DNA of 64,000 nt from Gammaproteobacteria bacterium (GTDB lineage Bacteria > Pseudomonadota > Gammaproteobacteria > Steroidobacterales > Steroidobacteraceae). The stretch spans positions 54,371-118,370 of the forward strand of contig JABCZO010000005.1 of the NCBI GenBank assembly GCA_013289615.1, given 5' to 3'. The position numbers and the translations under genes were made by a program. A model generated the notes under the pieces. The model was not told the origin of the DNA and did no database searches. It was given only the letters and a program-made list of their open reading frames with translations. Positions 47,538-57,141 of this stretch are shown in pieces (within the stretch, counting starts at the first letter, position 1; every line of letters starts with the position of its first letter).

Positions 47538-50297
47538 ATGAACGATAACCGGCCCGATCCCGACCTGTTGCTCGCCCAGATGCGGCAGAGCGAGGCGCGC
47601 GCGCTGCGTGGACGCCTGACCGTATTTTTCGGCGCCAATGCCGGCGTCGGCAAGACCTACTCGATGCTCGAGGCCGCACAGCGGCGACACGCCGAAGGGC
47701 TGGATGTCGTGGTCGGCTATGTCGAGCTGCACGGCCGCGAGGAGACCGAACGGCTGCTGCTCGGGCTCGAACAGCTGCCCCCGCTGATCATGAATTTCGG
47801 CAGCACGACGCGCCGCGAATTCGATCTGGACGCAGCGCTGGCTCGCAGGCCGCGCCTGTTGCTGGTGGATGAACTTGCCCACACCAACATCAGCGGCGGC
47901 GATCCGCCACCGCGCCACGAGAAACGCTGGCAGGACATCGAGGAACTGCTCGATGCCGGCATCGACGTTTTCACCACCCTCAATGTCCAGCACCTGGAGT
48001 CCCTGAGCGACGTCGTGTGGCAGATCACCGGCGTGCGTCAGCTCGAGACGCTGCCCGATCGCGTGTTCGACCAGGCCGATGAGATCAAGCTGGTGGATAT
48101 ACCGCCCGACGAGCTGCTGCAACGGCTGCGCGAAGGCCGCGTTTATGTATCCCAGCAGGCCGAGCGCGCGCTGGAGAATTTTTTCCGCAAGGGCAATCTG
48201 ATCGCGCTGCGCGAACTGGCGCTGCGCAAGACCGCCGATCGCGTCGATTTGGCGATGCGCGACTACCGCCGCGAGAAGGCAGTACGCGGCTCCTGGGCAG
48301 CACGCGAGCGCGTGCTGGTGGCGGTGGGCCCGGACTCACAGGCCGAGCGGCTGGTGCGCGCCGGCAAACGCACTGCCGACCGGCTCGACGCCGAATGGCT
48401 GGTGGTGTTCGTCGAGACGCCAGACCTGCTGCGGCTGTCCGAGCATGAGCGCAATCGCCGCATTGCGATCCTGCGGCTGGCCGAATCGCTGGGAGCCGAG
48501 GCCATCACCCTCGGCGGCTCGTCGGCGGGCGCGGAGCTGCTGCAGTACGCGCGCACGCGCAATGTCACACGCCTGCTGGTCGGCACTTACAATCGCCCGC
48601 GCTGGCGCCGGCTGCTGCGTCCCTCGACCACCGATTATCTGCTGGAAGCCAGCCGCGACATCGATGTGATGGTGATCGCACGCAACAGCGCAGCGGATAC
48701 GCCGGCCAACGCTGCCAGCACTCCCGACAGCGTGCTGTCGGTCGGCTCCGACAAGCCGCTGTGGCCGCGCTATCTGCTGGCTGTGATGTCGACGCTGGCC
48801 GCCACCGGCGTGTGTTGGGTGTTCTACGGTCTGTACCCCAGGCTGGCGCAAGCCAACCTGGCGATGATCTATCTGCTGACCACGGCGCTGGTTGCGGTCT
48901 ATGGCGGCCGCCGGGCGGCGATACTGAGCTCGGTACTCGGCGTAGCGGCGTTCGATTTCATGTTCGTGCCGCCGCGTTTCAATTTTGCGGTCACCGATGT
49001 GCAGTACCTGATCACCTTCGCGATCATGCTGATCGTCGCGCTGATCATCGGCACACTCAATGCCAACGTGCGCCAGCAGGCGCGCATCGCCGGGTACCGC
49101 GAGCGACGCACGGCACTGCTGTATGAGATGAGCCGGCAGTTGGCGATGGCGCGCGGCCGCGACGAAATGGCCGAGGTGGCGGTGCGTCACGTGAGCCAGG
49201 TGTTCACCAGTCGCGCGGTGCTGCTGTTCGCCGACGAGCAGGGTCACGTCATCTACCCGCGCACCAGTCTGCTCGACGTGTCCTATACCGGCGCCGACCT
49301 GGGCGTCGCCCAATGGGTATTCGATCATCGCAAGCCCGCCGGTATGGGTACCGATACGCTGAGCGGTTCGGCCGGTCTGTATCTGCCGCTGACCGGTGGC
49401 GAGCGTGCGTTCGGCGTGCTGGCGTTGCTGCCGGAGAATCCGCGGCGCGTCACCCTGCCGGAGCAGTTTCGATTGCTCGAGACTTTCGCGGCGCAGATCG
49501 GGCTGGCACTGGAGCGCGCTGATTTTGCAGCCCACGCGCAGGCGGCCGAGGTACGGGCCGAGACCGAAGCCATTCGCAATGCGCTGCTGGCGTCGATCTC
49601 GCATGATCTGCGCACGCCGCTGACCACGATCGCCGGTGGCGCCGCGACGCTCGCCGGTAACCTCGATGCGTTGAGCGATGCCGACCGCCGCGCGCTGGCA
49701 GCTTCCGTGAGCGAGGAGGCCACGCGCATGAGCGAGCGCATCACCACGCTGCTCGATCTGGTGCGGCTCGAGACCGGCGCCATCCAGCCACGTATCGACC
49801 TGTATGCACTCGACGAGCTGGTCGGTTCGGTGCTGCATCGTCTGGAGCAGCCGCTGCGCCGTCACCGCGTGCGTATCGAGCTGCCCGATGCATTGCCGCT
49901 GCTGCGCATCGATGGGCGCCTGATCGAGCAGGTGCTCGAGAACCTGCTCGACAACGCGGCCAAGTACACCCCTGCGGGCAGCGAGATTCGCATCAGCGCA
50001 CAGGTGCTTTCGCGCCAGATCGAAGTCAGCATCGAGGACAATGGGCCCGGCCTGAGCGCTGCCGATCCGGAGATCCTGTTCGAGAAATTTCAGCGCGGCA
50101 CGCCGGAGGGCAGCGTCGGCGGCATCGGTCTGGGGCTGGCGATCTGCCGCACCATCCTGGCACTGCACAAGGGGCGTATCTGGGCCGAAAACCGCGCGCC
50201 GCACGGCGCCGCGCTGCGCTTCACGCTGCCGCTGCCGCCCGTCGCGCCGGCAACGCCCGAGCAGGGGATATCGCCCGAGTTTCGCTCGTCACCATGA
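47538..50297 (+). CDS. kdpD: Sensor histidine kinase KdpD
   Basis: The N-terminal KdpD domain has Walker A FFGANAGVGKTYSML, followed by a Usp-like region and four TM segments. The H-box is SISHDLRTPLT and the G-box is GIGLGLAIC. The start was set at ATG 47538. Confidence 0.93.
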   Translation: MNDNRPDPDLLLAQMRQSEARALRGRLTVFFGANAGVGKTYSMLEAAQRRHAEGLDVVVGYVELHGREETERLLLGLEQLPPLIMNFGSTTRREFDLDAALARRPRLLLVDELAHTNISGGDPPPRHEKRWQDIEELLDAGIDVFTTLNVQHLESLSDVVWQITGVRQLETLPDRVFDQADEIKLVDIPPDELLQRLREGRVYVSQQAERALENFFRKGNLIALRELALRKTADRVDLAMRDYRREKAVRGSWAARERVLVAVGPDSQAERLVRAGKRTADRLDAEWLVVFVETPDLLRLSEHERNRRIAILRLAESLGAEAITLGGSSAGAELLQYARTRNVTRLLVGTYNRPRWRRLLRPSTTDYLLEASRDIDVMVIARNSAADTPANAASTPDSVLSVGSDKPLWPRYLLAVMSTLAATGVCWVFYGLYPRLAQANLAMIYLLTTALVAVYGGRRAAILSSVLGVAAFDFMFVPPRFNFAVTDVQYLITFAIMLIVALIIGTLNANVRQQARIAGYRERRTALLYEMSRQLAMARGRDEMAEVAVRHVSQVFTSRAVLLFADEQGHVIYPRTSLLDVSYTGADLGVAQWVFDHRKPAGMGTDTLSGSAGLYLPLTGGERAFGVLALLPENPRRVTLPEQFRLLETFAAQIGLALERADFAAHAQAAEVRAETEAIRNALLASISHDLRTPLTTIAGGAATLAGNLDALSDADRRALAASVSEEATRMSERITTLLDLVRLETGAIQPRIDLYALDELVGSVLHRLEQPLRRHRVRIELPDALPLLRIDGRLIEQVLENLLDNAAKYTPAGSEIRISAQVLSRQIEVSIEDNGPGLSAADPEILFEKFQRGTPEGSVGGIGLGLAICRTILALHKGRIWAENRAPHGAALRFTLPLPPVAPATPEQGISPEFRSSP

Positions 50298-50992
50298 CCA
50301 TCGCTAGTCGCGCGGTGCTGGTGGTCGAGGACGAACCGCAACTGCGTCGGGTATTGCGCACGCTGCTCGAGCTGGAGAATTTCCGTGTCATCGAAGCCGA
50401 CAGCGCCGAGCGCGGCCTGGCGGAAGCGCGCACGCACAAACCCGACCTTCTGATCGTCGATCTGGGCCTGCCGGATCGCGACGGCACCGAGGTGATCACC
50501 GGCGTGCGAAGCTGGTCGCGGGTGCCGATCATCGTGTTGTCGGCACGCACTGACGAGTCGGACAAGGTCGCAGCACTCGACGCCGGCGCCGACGACTACA
50601 TCACCAAGCCATTCGGCGCCCGTGAGCTCAGCGCCCGGGTGCAGGTCGCGCTGCGCCACACTGCCAGCGCCGGTGCTGCCGGCGCCACGCTGCAGATCGG
50701 CGCCTGGCGGGTCGACCTGCAGGCACGCATCGCGCGTGACGACAGCGGCGGCGAGCTGCACCTGACGCCGACCGAATACCGCCTGCTCGAAGTGCTGGCG
50801 CAGCACATCGGCCTGGTGGTGACGCACCGCACGCTGCTGCAGCAGGTCTGGGGACCGGGCAGCGCGCAGCAGACGCATTACCTGCGCGTGTATATGAAGC
50901 AGTTGCGCTCCAAGCTCGAGCCCGATCCGGCGCGGCCGCGCTGGCTGCTCACCGAGACCGGCGTTGGCTATCGACTGGCGCTGCGCGAATAG
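50294..50992 (+). CDS. kdpE: OmpR-family response regulator KdpE
   Basis: It has a REC domain (LLIVDLGLPDRDG) and a winged-helix domain (LTPTEYRLLEVL...YLRVYMKQLRSKLE). Its ATG overlaps the kdpD stop (ATGA). Confidence 0.93.
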   Translation: MTIASRAVLVVEDEPQLRRVLRTLLELENFRVIEADSAERGLAEARTHKPDLLIVDLGLPDRDGTEVITGVRSWSRVPIIVLSARTDESDKVAALDAGADDYITKPFGARELSARVQVALRHTASAGAAGATLQIGAWRVDLQARIARDDSGGELHLTPTEYRLLEVLAQHIGLVVTHRTLLQQVWGPGSAQQTHYLRVYMKQLRSKLEPDPARPRWLLTETGVGYRLALRE

Positions 50993-51032
50993 GCTAACCG
51001 CTCGCGCTGGGGCGCGCGAAAAGCCGCCGTCA

Positions 51033-51233
51033 TCAGTAGCCCGGTGTGGTGGACTCGATGGGAGCACAATTGGAGCGGCCCGACATCACGCAATCCTGGA
51101 GCTGCGCGCTGTTGTGCAGCACGCGGGTCAGCAGCAGGCCGCCCACGATAAGCAGCACGACCAACAGCAGCCCGAGCAGTGCCTTGCGGCGCAGGTGGTC
51201 GCTCTGGGGCCGCGGCGGCTCAGGCTCATTCAT
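51033..51233 (-). CDS. Small single-pass membrane protein with a C-terminal Cys pair
   Basis: The 66-aa product has third codon positions that are mostly G/C, as expected for real genes here. It has a basic N-terminus, a TM segment (ALLGLLLVVLLIVGGLLL) and then QDCVMSGRSNC. Confidence 0.55.
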   Translation of the reverse strand: MNEPEPPRPQSDHLRRKALLGLLLVVLLIVGGLLLTRVLHNSAQLQDCVMSGRSNCAPIESTTPGY

Positions 51234-51277
51234 TCGAACATTCGCAAGTTAGTCTCCAACTGCAAAATGCGCGCTAC

Positions 51278-52858
51278 GTGACCAATACACAGAATGTGTC
51301 GCAGGATCGCGCGGCCTTCACCGCCGCGTTGCTGCTGCTTGCAGGCGCGGCCATCCTGTGCCTCCAGTTTGCCTGGCAGAGCGACGTGCGTCATCTGCTG
51401 GTGCGCATAGCGGACGACGCTTCCTATTTCATGACAACGGCCCGGAATATGGCCGCGGGCCGCGGCATGACTTTCGATGGGATTCATTCCAGCAACGGCT
51501 TTCAGCCGCTGTGGCTGCTGCTGCTGGTTGCCCTGTTCACGTTTCATGGCCCTCCCGAGACCATGATAAGGCTGGTGGTGTTGCTGCAGGCAGCGCTGCT
51601 GGTGGTCGCGTTCCTGTTGCTGTATCGCGCCCACGCAAGGATGTTTTCAGCGCGCACCGCATTGGTGAGCGCAATTCTGTTCATCTTCCTGGTCGCCATA
51701 CCGAGCGTGAATGGCATGGAATCGGCGCTGTTGGTGCTGCTGGCGATCGCTTTGTTCGGCTACGGACTGCACATTTCGCCGGCGCCGCTAAGCCGCTATC
51801 GCGCCCTGTGCTTCGGCATGCTACTGGGCCTGGTCGTGCTCGCAAGGCTCGACATGGTCTTCATTGTGCTGGCGCTGCTCGGCTGCTCCTTGCATTACCT
51901 TGTCGATCGCAGCACGCGCGCCACTGCCACGGCGGCGATCGTATTCGCCGGCCTGGGTTGCTGCGCCGTGCTGGCACCGTATCTGTCATTCAATTACACA
52001 CAGTTCGGCTCAATGATGCCGATCAGCGGCGCACTGAAGTCTGTTTTTCCATCGCTCGCACTCAGCCCCGGAACCCTGGGCGCCGTCGGGCGCATCCACT
52101 ATGCATGCGTCGCACTCGCCGTGGGTTGGTTGACATGGCGATCCATCAGGGCGGGCAGCCCGCTGCCATTGCCGGGCAACGACTACTACACGCTGTCAAC
52201 CACGGTGCTGGCATGGGCCGTCATTCTGCATTTCCTGAACACCATTCTTTTTATGAGATGGGGCGTTTTCAGCTGGTACTTCGTTCCGTATCGGCTGTTC
52301 GCGGTAATGCTGGCGGCGCGGGGCGTCGAATCGATCGTTAAATCGAGCATCGTCGCTAGGACGCCAGCCATCTACTGGGAGGCGGTGACGCTGCTGCTCG
52401 CGGGCGGCGTCTGGAGACAGTACACCGCGGACCAATATCCGCTCAACGGCAGTTGGCACGCGGCTGTCTACAACGCGGCGCTTTGGGCGCGCGAGCACAC
52501 GGCCGCGACCGATGTGTTTGCGATGACCGATAGCGGCGATTTTGCCTTCTTCAGTTGCCGGCAGGTGATCAATCTCGACGGACTCGCCAACAACATGCAG
52601 TATCAGCGAGCGATCGCCGATCAGCGCATCAACCAGTACCTGCGCAGCAATCACGTCAGATACCTGGTTCAGCATGCGGTGCACCATCACGACGACGTGG
52701 TGCAGGGAAGCTACGATTCACTCGCTCTGAATTTCCCAAGCCAGAAGTTCGGCGTGCCAAGTGACGACGTGCTGGTGCGCCGGCAGAATGAGGCCTATCG
52801 CTCGCCGCCGTACTTCGATGGAGCCGAGCGCGTGGTGTTGCTGATCTGGTCGCTGTAA
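51278..52858 (+). CDS. Polytopic integral membrane protein, possibly a GT-C-type glycosyltransferase
   Basis: There are about 11-12 hydrophobic segments and a first-loop motif RIADDASYFMTTARNMAAGRG reminiscent of GT-C enzymes. The C-terminal 170 aa or so look soluble. The start is inferred at GTG 51278 (alternative 51296), and the function call is weak. Confidence 0.55.
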   Translation: MTNTQNVSQDRAAFTAALLLLAGAAILCLQFAWQSDVRHLLVRIADDASYFMTTARNMAAGRGMTFDGIHSSNGFQPLWLLLLVALFTFHGPPETMIRLVVLLQAALLVVAFLLLYRAHARMFSARTALVSAILFIFLVAIPSVNGMESALLVLLAIALFGYGLHISPAPLSRYRALCFGMLLGLVVLARLDMVFIVLALLGCSLHYLVDRSTRATATAAIVFAGLGCCAVLAPYLSFNYTQFGSMMPISGALKSVFPSLALSPGTLGAVGRIHYACVALAVGWLTWRSIRAGSPLPLPGNDYYTLSTTVLAWAVILHFLNTILFMRWGVFSWYFVPYRLFAVMLAARGVESIVKSSIVARTPAIYWEAVTLLLAGGVWRQYTADQYPLNGSWHAAVYNAALWAREHTAATDVFAMTDSGDFAFFSCRQVINLDGLANNMQYQRAIADQRINQYLRSNHVRYLVQHAVHHHDDVVQGSYDSLALNFPSQKFGVPSDDVLVRRQNEAYRSPPYFDGAERVVLLIWSL

Positions 52859-53062
52859 GCGTGCTTCATCGCCTCCAGACCAGGGTAGGCGGGGCGGATG
52901 CGATGGGCGAATAGCCCGTCACGGTATGCGCCTTTGGGCCCCCGCTACTCGTATCCGCCGCCAGTTCACGCAAGTTCCGGACCCGCTGAGCCCGAATTGC
53001 CTTTAGACTGGCGGGCTTCGGTGGTCATCCATACGGCCATCAGCAAGTGAGGAGCCGGCGAT

Positions 53063-53164
53063 ATGAGTAAGGGAATCGATCGTAAGAAGGAAACCAAGAA
53101 GAAACCCGCATTGAACCTCATGCAGAAGAGGGCCGCCAAGGCTGAGAAGAAGAAAAATCGATAG
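53063..53164 (+). CDS. 33-aa lysine-rich small protein ORF (not in the ORF track)
   Basis: GAGGAG at 53049-54 lies 8 nt before ATG 53063. The product is MSKGIDRKKETKKKPALNLMQKRAAKAEKKKNR (14 Lys/Arg, 3 acidic residues). It lies 82 nt upstream of the RIO kinase gene on the same strand. Confidence 0.55.
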   Translation: MSKGIDRKKETKKKPALNLMQKRAAKAEKKKNR

Positions 53165-53246
53165 TGAGCGTTGCGCTGCCGCATCAGGCCCGACTCGGGC
53201 TGATACGGGCCGCGAGCTTCGTGACGCCAGTGTCTGATCACGCCTG

Positions 53247-54101
53247 ATGAAAGTTCCCAAAGGCCTGCAGGCACTGGTTGACGACGGCAAGATCGATGCG
53301 GTTGTGCGACAGCTCAAGAGCGGCAAGGAAGCGTCGGTCTACGTCGTGGCCTGCGGCGATCAGGTTCGCTGCGCCAAGCTCTACAAGGACGCCGAGCACC
53401 GCGGCTTCCACAAGCTCGCGGCCTACCAGGAAGGCCGCAAGGCGCGCGGCGGTCGCGCCGCGCGGGCGATGGCCAGGCGCGGCCGCCACGGCCGCAAGAT
53501 GCAGGAAACCGAGTGGACCAACGCCGAGGTCACGGCGCTGTATCGCCTCGCGCACGCCGGCGTACGCGTTCCCACGCCCTACGGTGTCTATGATCGGGTG
53601 CTGTTGATGGAGCTGGTGGTGGATGCGCAGGGCCATCCCGCGCCGCGCCTCATCGACGTCGACATGAGCGCCGAGCAGGCGCGGCGGTGGCATGCATTCG
53701 CGATCACGCAGATCGTGCGCATGCTGTGCGCCGGGCTGATTCACGGCGACCTGTCCGAATACAACGTACTGCTCGATGCCTGCGGCCCGGTGATCATCGA
53801 TCTGCCGCAGGCGGTAAGCGCCGCCAGCAACAACAATGCCTTCAGCATGTTCGAGCGCGATGTCAACAACATGCGCGCGGCTTTCGCCCGCGCCGCTCCC
53901 GAACTGCTGGACACGACCTATGCGCAGGAGATCTGGAAGCTCTATCGGGCCGGCGTGCTGACGCCGGACAGCCCGCTCACCGGCCGCTTTACCGAGCAGC
54001 TGGTCGAGGCGGACCTGGGCGCGGTGCTCGAGCAGATCGAGGACGCCCGGCGCGAGGCCGAGGCCCGGCAACGCGGCCGAGAGGAAACCGAGGCGGTCTG
54101 A
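53247..54101 (+). CDS. RIO1-like atypical serine protein kinase
   Basis: The nucleotide-binding region is LKSGKEASVYVV...CAKLYK, the catalytic loop is LIHGDLSEYNVLL and the metal-binding region is VIIDLPQAV. Confidence 0.82.
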   Translation: MKVPKGLQALVDDGKIDAVVRQLKSGKEASVYVVACGDQVRCAKLYKDAEHRGFHKLAAYQEGRKARGGRAARAMARRGRHGRKMQETEWTNAEVTALYRLAHAGVRVPTPYGVYDRVLLMELVVDAQGHPAPRLIDVDMSAEQARRWHAFAITQIVRMLCAGLIHGDLSEYNVLLDACGPVIIDLPQAVSAASNNNAFSMFERDVNNMRAAFARAAPELLDTTYAQEIWKLYRAGVLTPDSPLTGRFTEQLVEADLGAVLEQIEDARREAEARQRGREETEAV

Positions 54102-54136
54102 ATGACCCCCGCATGTCGCCGCTCGGGCGGCAGCTG

Positions 54137-54961
54137 TCAGGGTGCGCCGATCAGGTGTACCTCGCGTTGCGGGAACGGAATCGATATGCCGCGGCGACGG
54201 CAGGTTTCAACCACCGCGAGGCTGAGCTCCCCGACCACGGGTGCGTAGTCCTCCACCGCCACCCACGGCCTGAGGGCAATCTGTACCACCGACTCGGCGA
54301 GTGCGACCACCTGCACCTGGGGCGCCGGATCGTGCAACACCCGGGTATTGGCGTCCACCAGCTCGCGAATTGCTGCGATGGCCTGTGGCAGGTCGACCTC
54401 GTAGCCTACGCCGACCTTGACCTCGGCCTGGCGAATCTGGCCGAAGTTGTGCAGGATCTCCCCGACGACCTTTCGATTCGGCACCACCACGCGCGAGCGA
54501 TCCAGGTGCAGCAGCGTGGTGCTGAATATCGTGATGAGCTGCACCTGGCCCTGCACGCCCACGATCTCGATGTAATCGCCGACCCGATAGGGCTTGGTGA
54601 AGATGATCGTCAGGCCGGCGACGACATTGCTCAGGATGCCCTGGGTCGCCAGCGCGATACCGGCACCGGCGATACTCAGCCCGGCAATCAGCGGCAGCAG
54701 CTCGACACCAAGATTCTGCAGGGCAAGGATCGCGAACAGCGCGAATACCACGACGCGCACCAGGCGTACCATGAGCAGCCGTACCGGCGGCTCGAGTTCC
54801 ATGCGCGCCAGCCCGCGCTCGGTCGCCCGCCCGATCCAGCGCCCGGCCATCGCACCCGCAATCAGAACCAGCACGGCGACCAGGATCTTGGGTCCGAAAC
54901 GCAGCGCCAGATCGATCAGTTCGTTCTTGGCGTGGTTGATCGCGTCCAGATTGGTATCCAT
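54137..54961 (-). CDS. Mechanosensitive ion channel (MscS family)
   Basis: It has three TM helices, then GILSNVVAGLTIIFTKPYRVGDYIEI and a beta domain. The start was set at ATG 54961 because GGGAGG lies 6 nt upstream. The track ORF extends much further. Confidence 0.85.
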   Translation of the reverse strand: MDTNLDAINHAKNELIDLALRFGPKILVAVLVLIAGAMAGRWIGRATERGLARMELEPPVRLLMVRLVRVVVFALFAILALQNLGVELLPLIAGLSIAGAGIALATQGILSNVVAGLTIIFTKPYRVGDYIEIVGVQGQVQLITIFSTTLLHLDRSRVVVPNRKVVGEILHNFGQIRQAEVKVGVGYEVDLPQAIAAIRELVDANTRVLHDPAPQVQVVALAESVVQIALRPWVAVEDYAPVVGELSLAVVETCRRRGISIPFPQREVHLIGAP

Positions 54962-55013
54962 TGGCATCCTCCCTTGATCGATGCCGCCATTGTACCGTCC
55001 GGGGCTCGTGGTA

Positions 55014-57131
55014 ATGTCGCGTCGACGGAAACGGTACGGAGGATCGGCGTTGCTTGGTGCACATTGCGTGATCGCAGCAGGCGCCCTGCTGAGCGCGTCG
55101 GCCGCTGTCGCCGCTCCCATGGTCCCAGCGGCATTTGGCGGGCCGCTGTACCCACCGGTGGGACTGGATATGTCGGCGATGGACTCCTCGGTCAATCCGG
55201 GCGATGATTTTTTTCAGCATTGCAATGGCGCCTGGATTGCACGTTCGACCATCCCGCCCGACCGGCCCTACATGACCGAGTCGCAGCTGATGCGCGAGCG
55301 CACCGAGGCACAGCTGCGCACCATCATCGAACAGGCGGCCGCGAGCGCCGGCCATGAACCGACCTCGCTCGAAGGCAAGGTAGGTGCGTTCTACAATTCC
55401 TTCATGGACGAGAAGCGGCTCGAGGCCCTGGGAGCGCGGCCGATCGCGCCCGAGCTCAGCGCCATTCGTTCGGCCCGCTCGCGCGAGCAGCTGGCGACGC
55501 TGATGGGGCACTCGACCGCAGGCTTCGAGGGGACCTTTTTTCGCGTATCCATCGACGTCGATCTCAAGGACACCGCGCACTATGCGATCTACCTGCAGCA
55601 GAGCGGGCTGACGCTGCCTGACCGGGACTACTATCTGAAGCCCGAACTGGCTGACAAGAAACGGCTGTTCGGCGATTACATCGAGCGCCTGTTGACGCTG
55701 AGCGGCTGGCCCGCCGCGCACGAGCGTGCCGCCGAGATCGTGGCGCTCGAAACCCGCATTGCACAGGCCAGCTGGACCAAGACCGAGCAGCGCGATCTGT
55801 CGAAGCTCTATAACCCGTACACGCCGGCGCAGCTGTCGGCATTCGCGCCGGGGTTTCCATGGCAGGCATTCCTGAAGGGGGCAGGCCTGTCGGCCCGGAA
55901 CCGCATCGTTGTCGGCGAGAAGAGCGCCTTTCCGCGGATCACGCGGATTTTCGCCGACACCTCGCTCGACACGCTGAAGGCGTGGCTGGCGTTCAGCGTC
56001 GTGGAAACGGCGTCACCCTATCTGTCGCGTTCGTTTGGCGATGCCCGCTTCGGGTTTCGCGATCATGTGCTGCTGGGTATCAGCGAGCGGCATGCTCGAT
56101 GGAAAGAGGGCATCAACGCCGTCTCGGGCGGTGATTGTGCAGCGGATCCGGCCAGCTGTTTTGGCACGCTCGACTGGGCGGTCGGCCGGTTATATACGGC
56201 GCGCTATTTTCGGGCCGATACCAAAGCTGCGATCGAATCCCTGGTGACCGAGATCATTCGCGCCTTTCGCGGCCGCATCGAGCGGCTCGACTGGATGGGC
56301 GAGGCGACGCGGGCCGAGGCGCTTCGCAAGCTGGACAGCTACGTCGTGAAAGTGGGATATCCGGAGACGCCGCGCGATTATACCGGCGTCATCGTGCGAG
56401 ATAACGACCTGGTCGGCAACGTGCGTCGGGCCGCAGCGGCGGAGTACGCGTTCCTGCTCCGCCGCAGCGACGGTCCGGTCGACAAGGGCAACTGGGACAT
56501 GACTCCGCAGACGGTCGATGCCTACAACGGCTCATTGCGCGACATCGTGTTTCCGGCCGCGATCCTGCAGGCGCCGGATTTTGATGCCAATGCCGATGCG
56601 GCGGTGAACTTCGGCGGCATCGGCGCCATCATTGGCCACGAACTGACGCACGGCTTCGACGACCAGGGCCGCACGCTCGACGCGAGCGGTGCGCTGCGGG
56701 ACTGGTGGACCGAGGCCGACGCGGGCTCATTCAAGGCCCGGGCGGCGGTACTCGGCTCACAGTACGCCGCTTTCGAGCCGGTCCCCGGACTGCATATCAA
56801 TCCGGAGCTGACCATGGGGGAGAATATCGCGGATCTCGGCGGTGCCGTGATCGCGCTGGATGCCTATCATGCGTCGCTGAACAATGAACCCGCACCGGTG
56901 ATCGACGGCCTGACCGGCGACCAGCGCTTCTTTCTGTCGTTCGCGCAGATCTGGCGCGGCACCGCGCGCGATGACTACATCCGCCAGCTCACGGTCAGTA
57001 ATGCCCATACCTACCGCAGTTTTCGAGTCAATGGCGTGGTGCGAAACATCGACGCCTGGTATCAGGCCTTCGGCGTCCAGCCTACCGATAATCTCTATAT
57101 AGACCCGGCCGCTCGCGCGCGAATCTGGTGA
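55014..57131 (+). CDS. M13 family zinc metallopeptidase (PepO / endothelin-converting-enzyme-like)
   Basis: It has a signal peptide from ATG 55014 (MSRRRKRYGGSALLGAHCVIAAGALLSASAAVAAP), HELTHGFDDQG and GENIADLGG. Confidence 0.9.
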   Translation: MSRRRKRYGGSALLGAHCVIAAGALLSASAAVAAPMVPAAFGGPLYPPVGLDMSAMDSSVNPGDDFFQHCNGAWIARSTIPPDRPYMTESQLMRERTEAQLRTIIEQAAASAGHEPTSLEGKVGAFYNSFMDEKRLEALGARPIAPELSAIRSARSREQLATLMGHSTAGFEGTFFRVSIDVDLKDTAHYAIYLQQSGLTLPDRDYYLKPELADKKRLFGDYIERLLTLSGWPAAHERAAEIVALETRIAQASWTKTEQRDLSKLYNPYTPAQLSAFAPGFPWQAFLKGAGLSARNRIVVGEKSAFPRITRIFADTSLDTLKAWLAFSVVETASPYLSRSFGDARFGFRDHVLLGISERHARWKEGINAVSGGDCAADPASCFGTLDWAVGRLYTARYFRADTKAAIESLVTEIIRAFRGRIERLDWMGEATRAEALRKLDSYVVKVGYPETPRDYTGVIVRDNDLVGNVRRAAAAEYAFLLRRSDGPVDKGNWDMTPQTVDAYNGSLRDIVFPAAILQAPDFDANADAAVNFGGIGAIIGHELTHGFDDQGRTLDASGALRDWWTEADAGSFKARAAVLGSQYAAFEPVPGLHINPELTMGENIADLGGAVIALDAYHASLNNEPAPVIDGLTGDQRFFLSFAQIWRGTARDDYIRQLTVSNAHTYRSFRVNGVVRNIDAWYQAFGVQPTDNLYIDPAARARIW

Positions 57132-57141
57132 CGGCGTTCGG

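Noticed and set aside
52966-53326. Two overlapping minus-strand ORFs (102 and 107 aa) covering the region upstream of the RIO kinase.
   Set aside because: They have no recognisable motifs or SD and their composition is odd. They overlap each other and the + strand 33-codon ORF, which has a good SD. They most likely exist only because the lysine-rich + strand sequence (AAG/AAA runs) lacks stops on the opposite strand.
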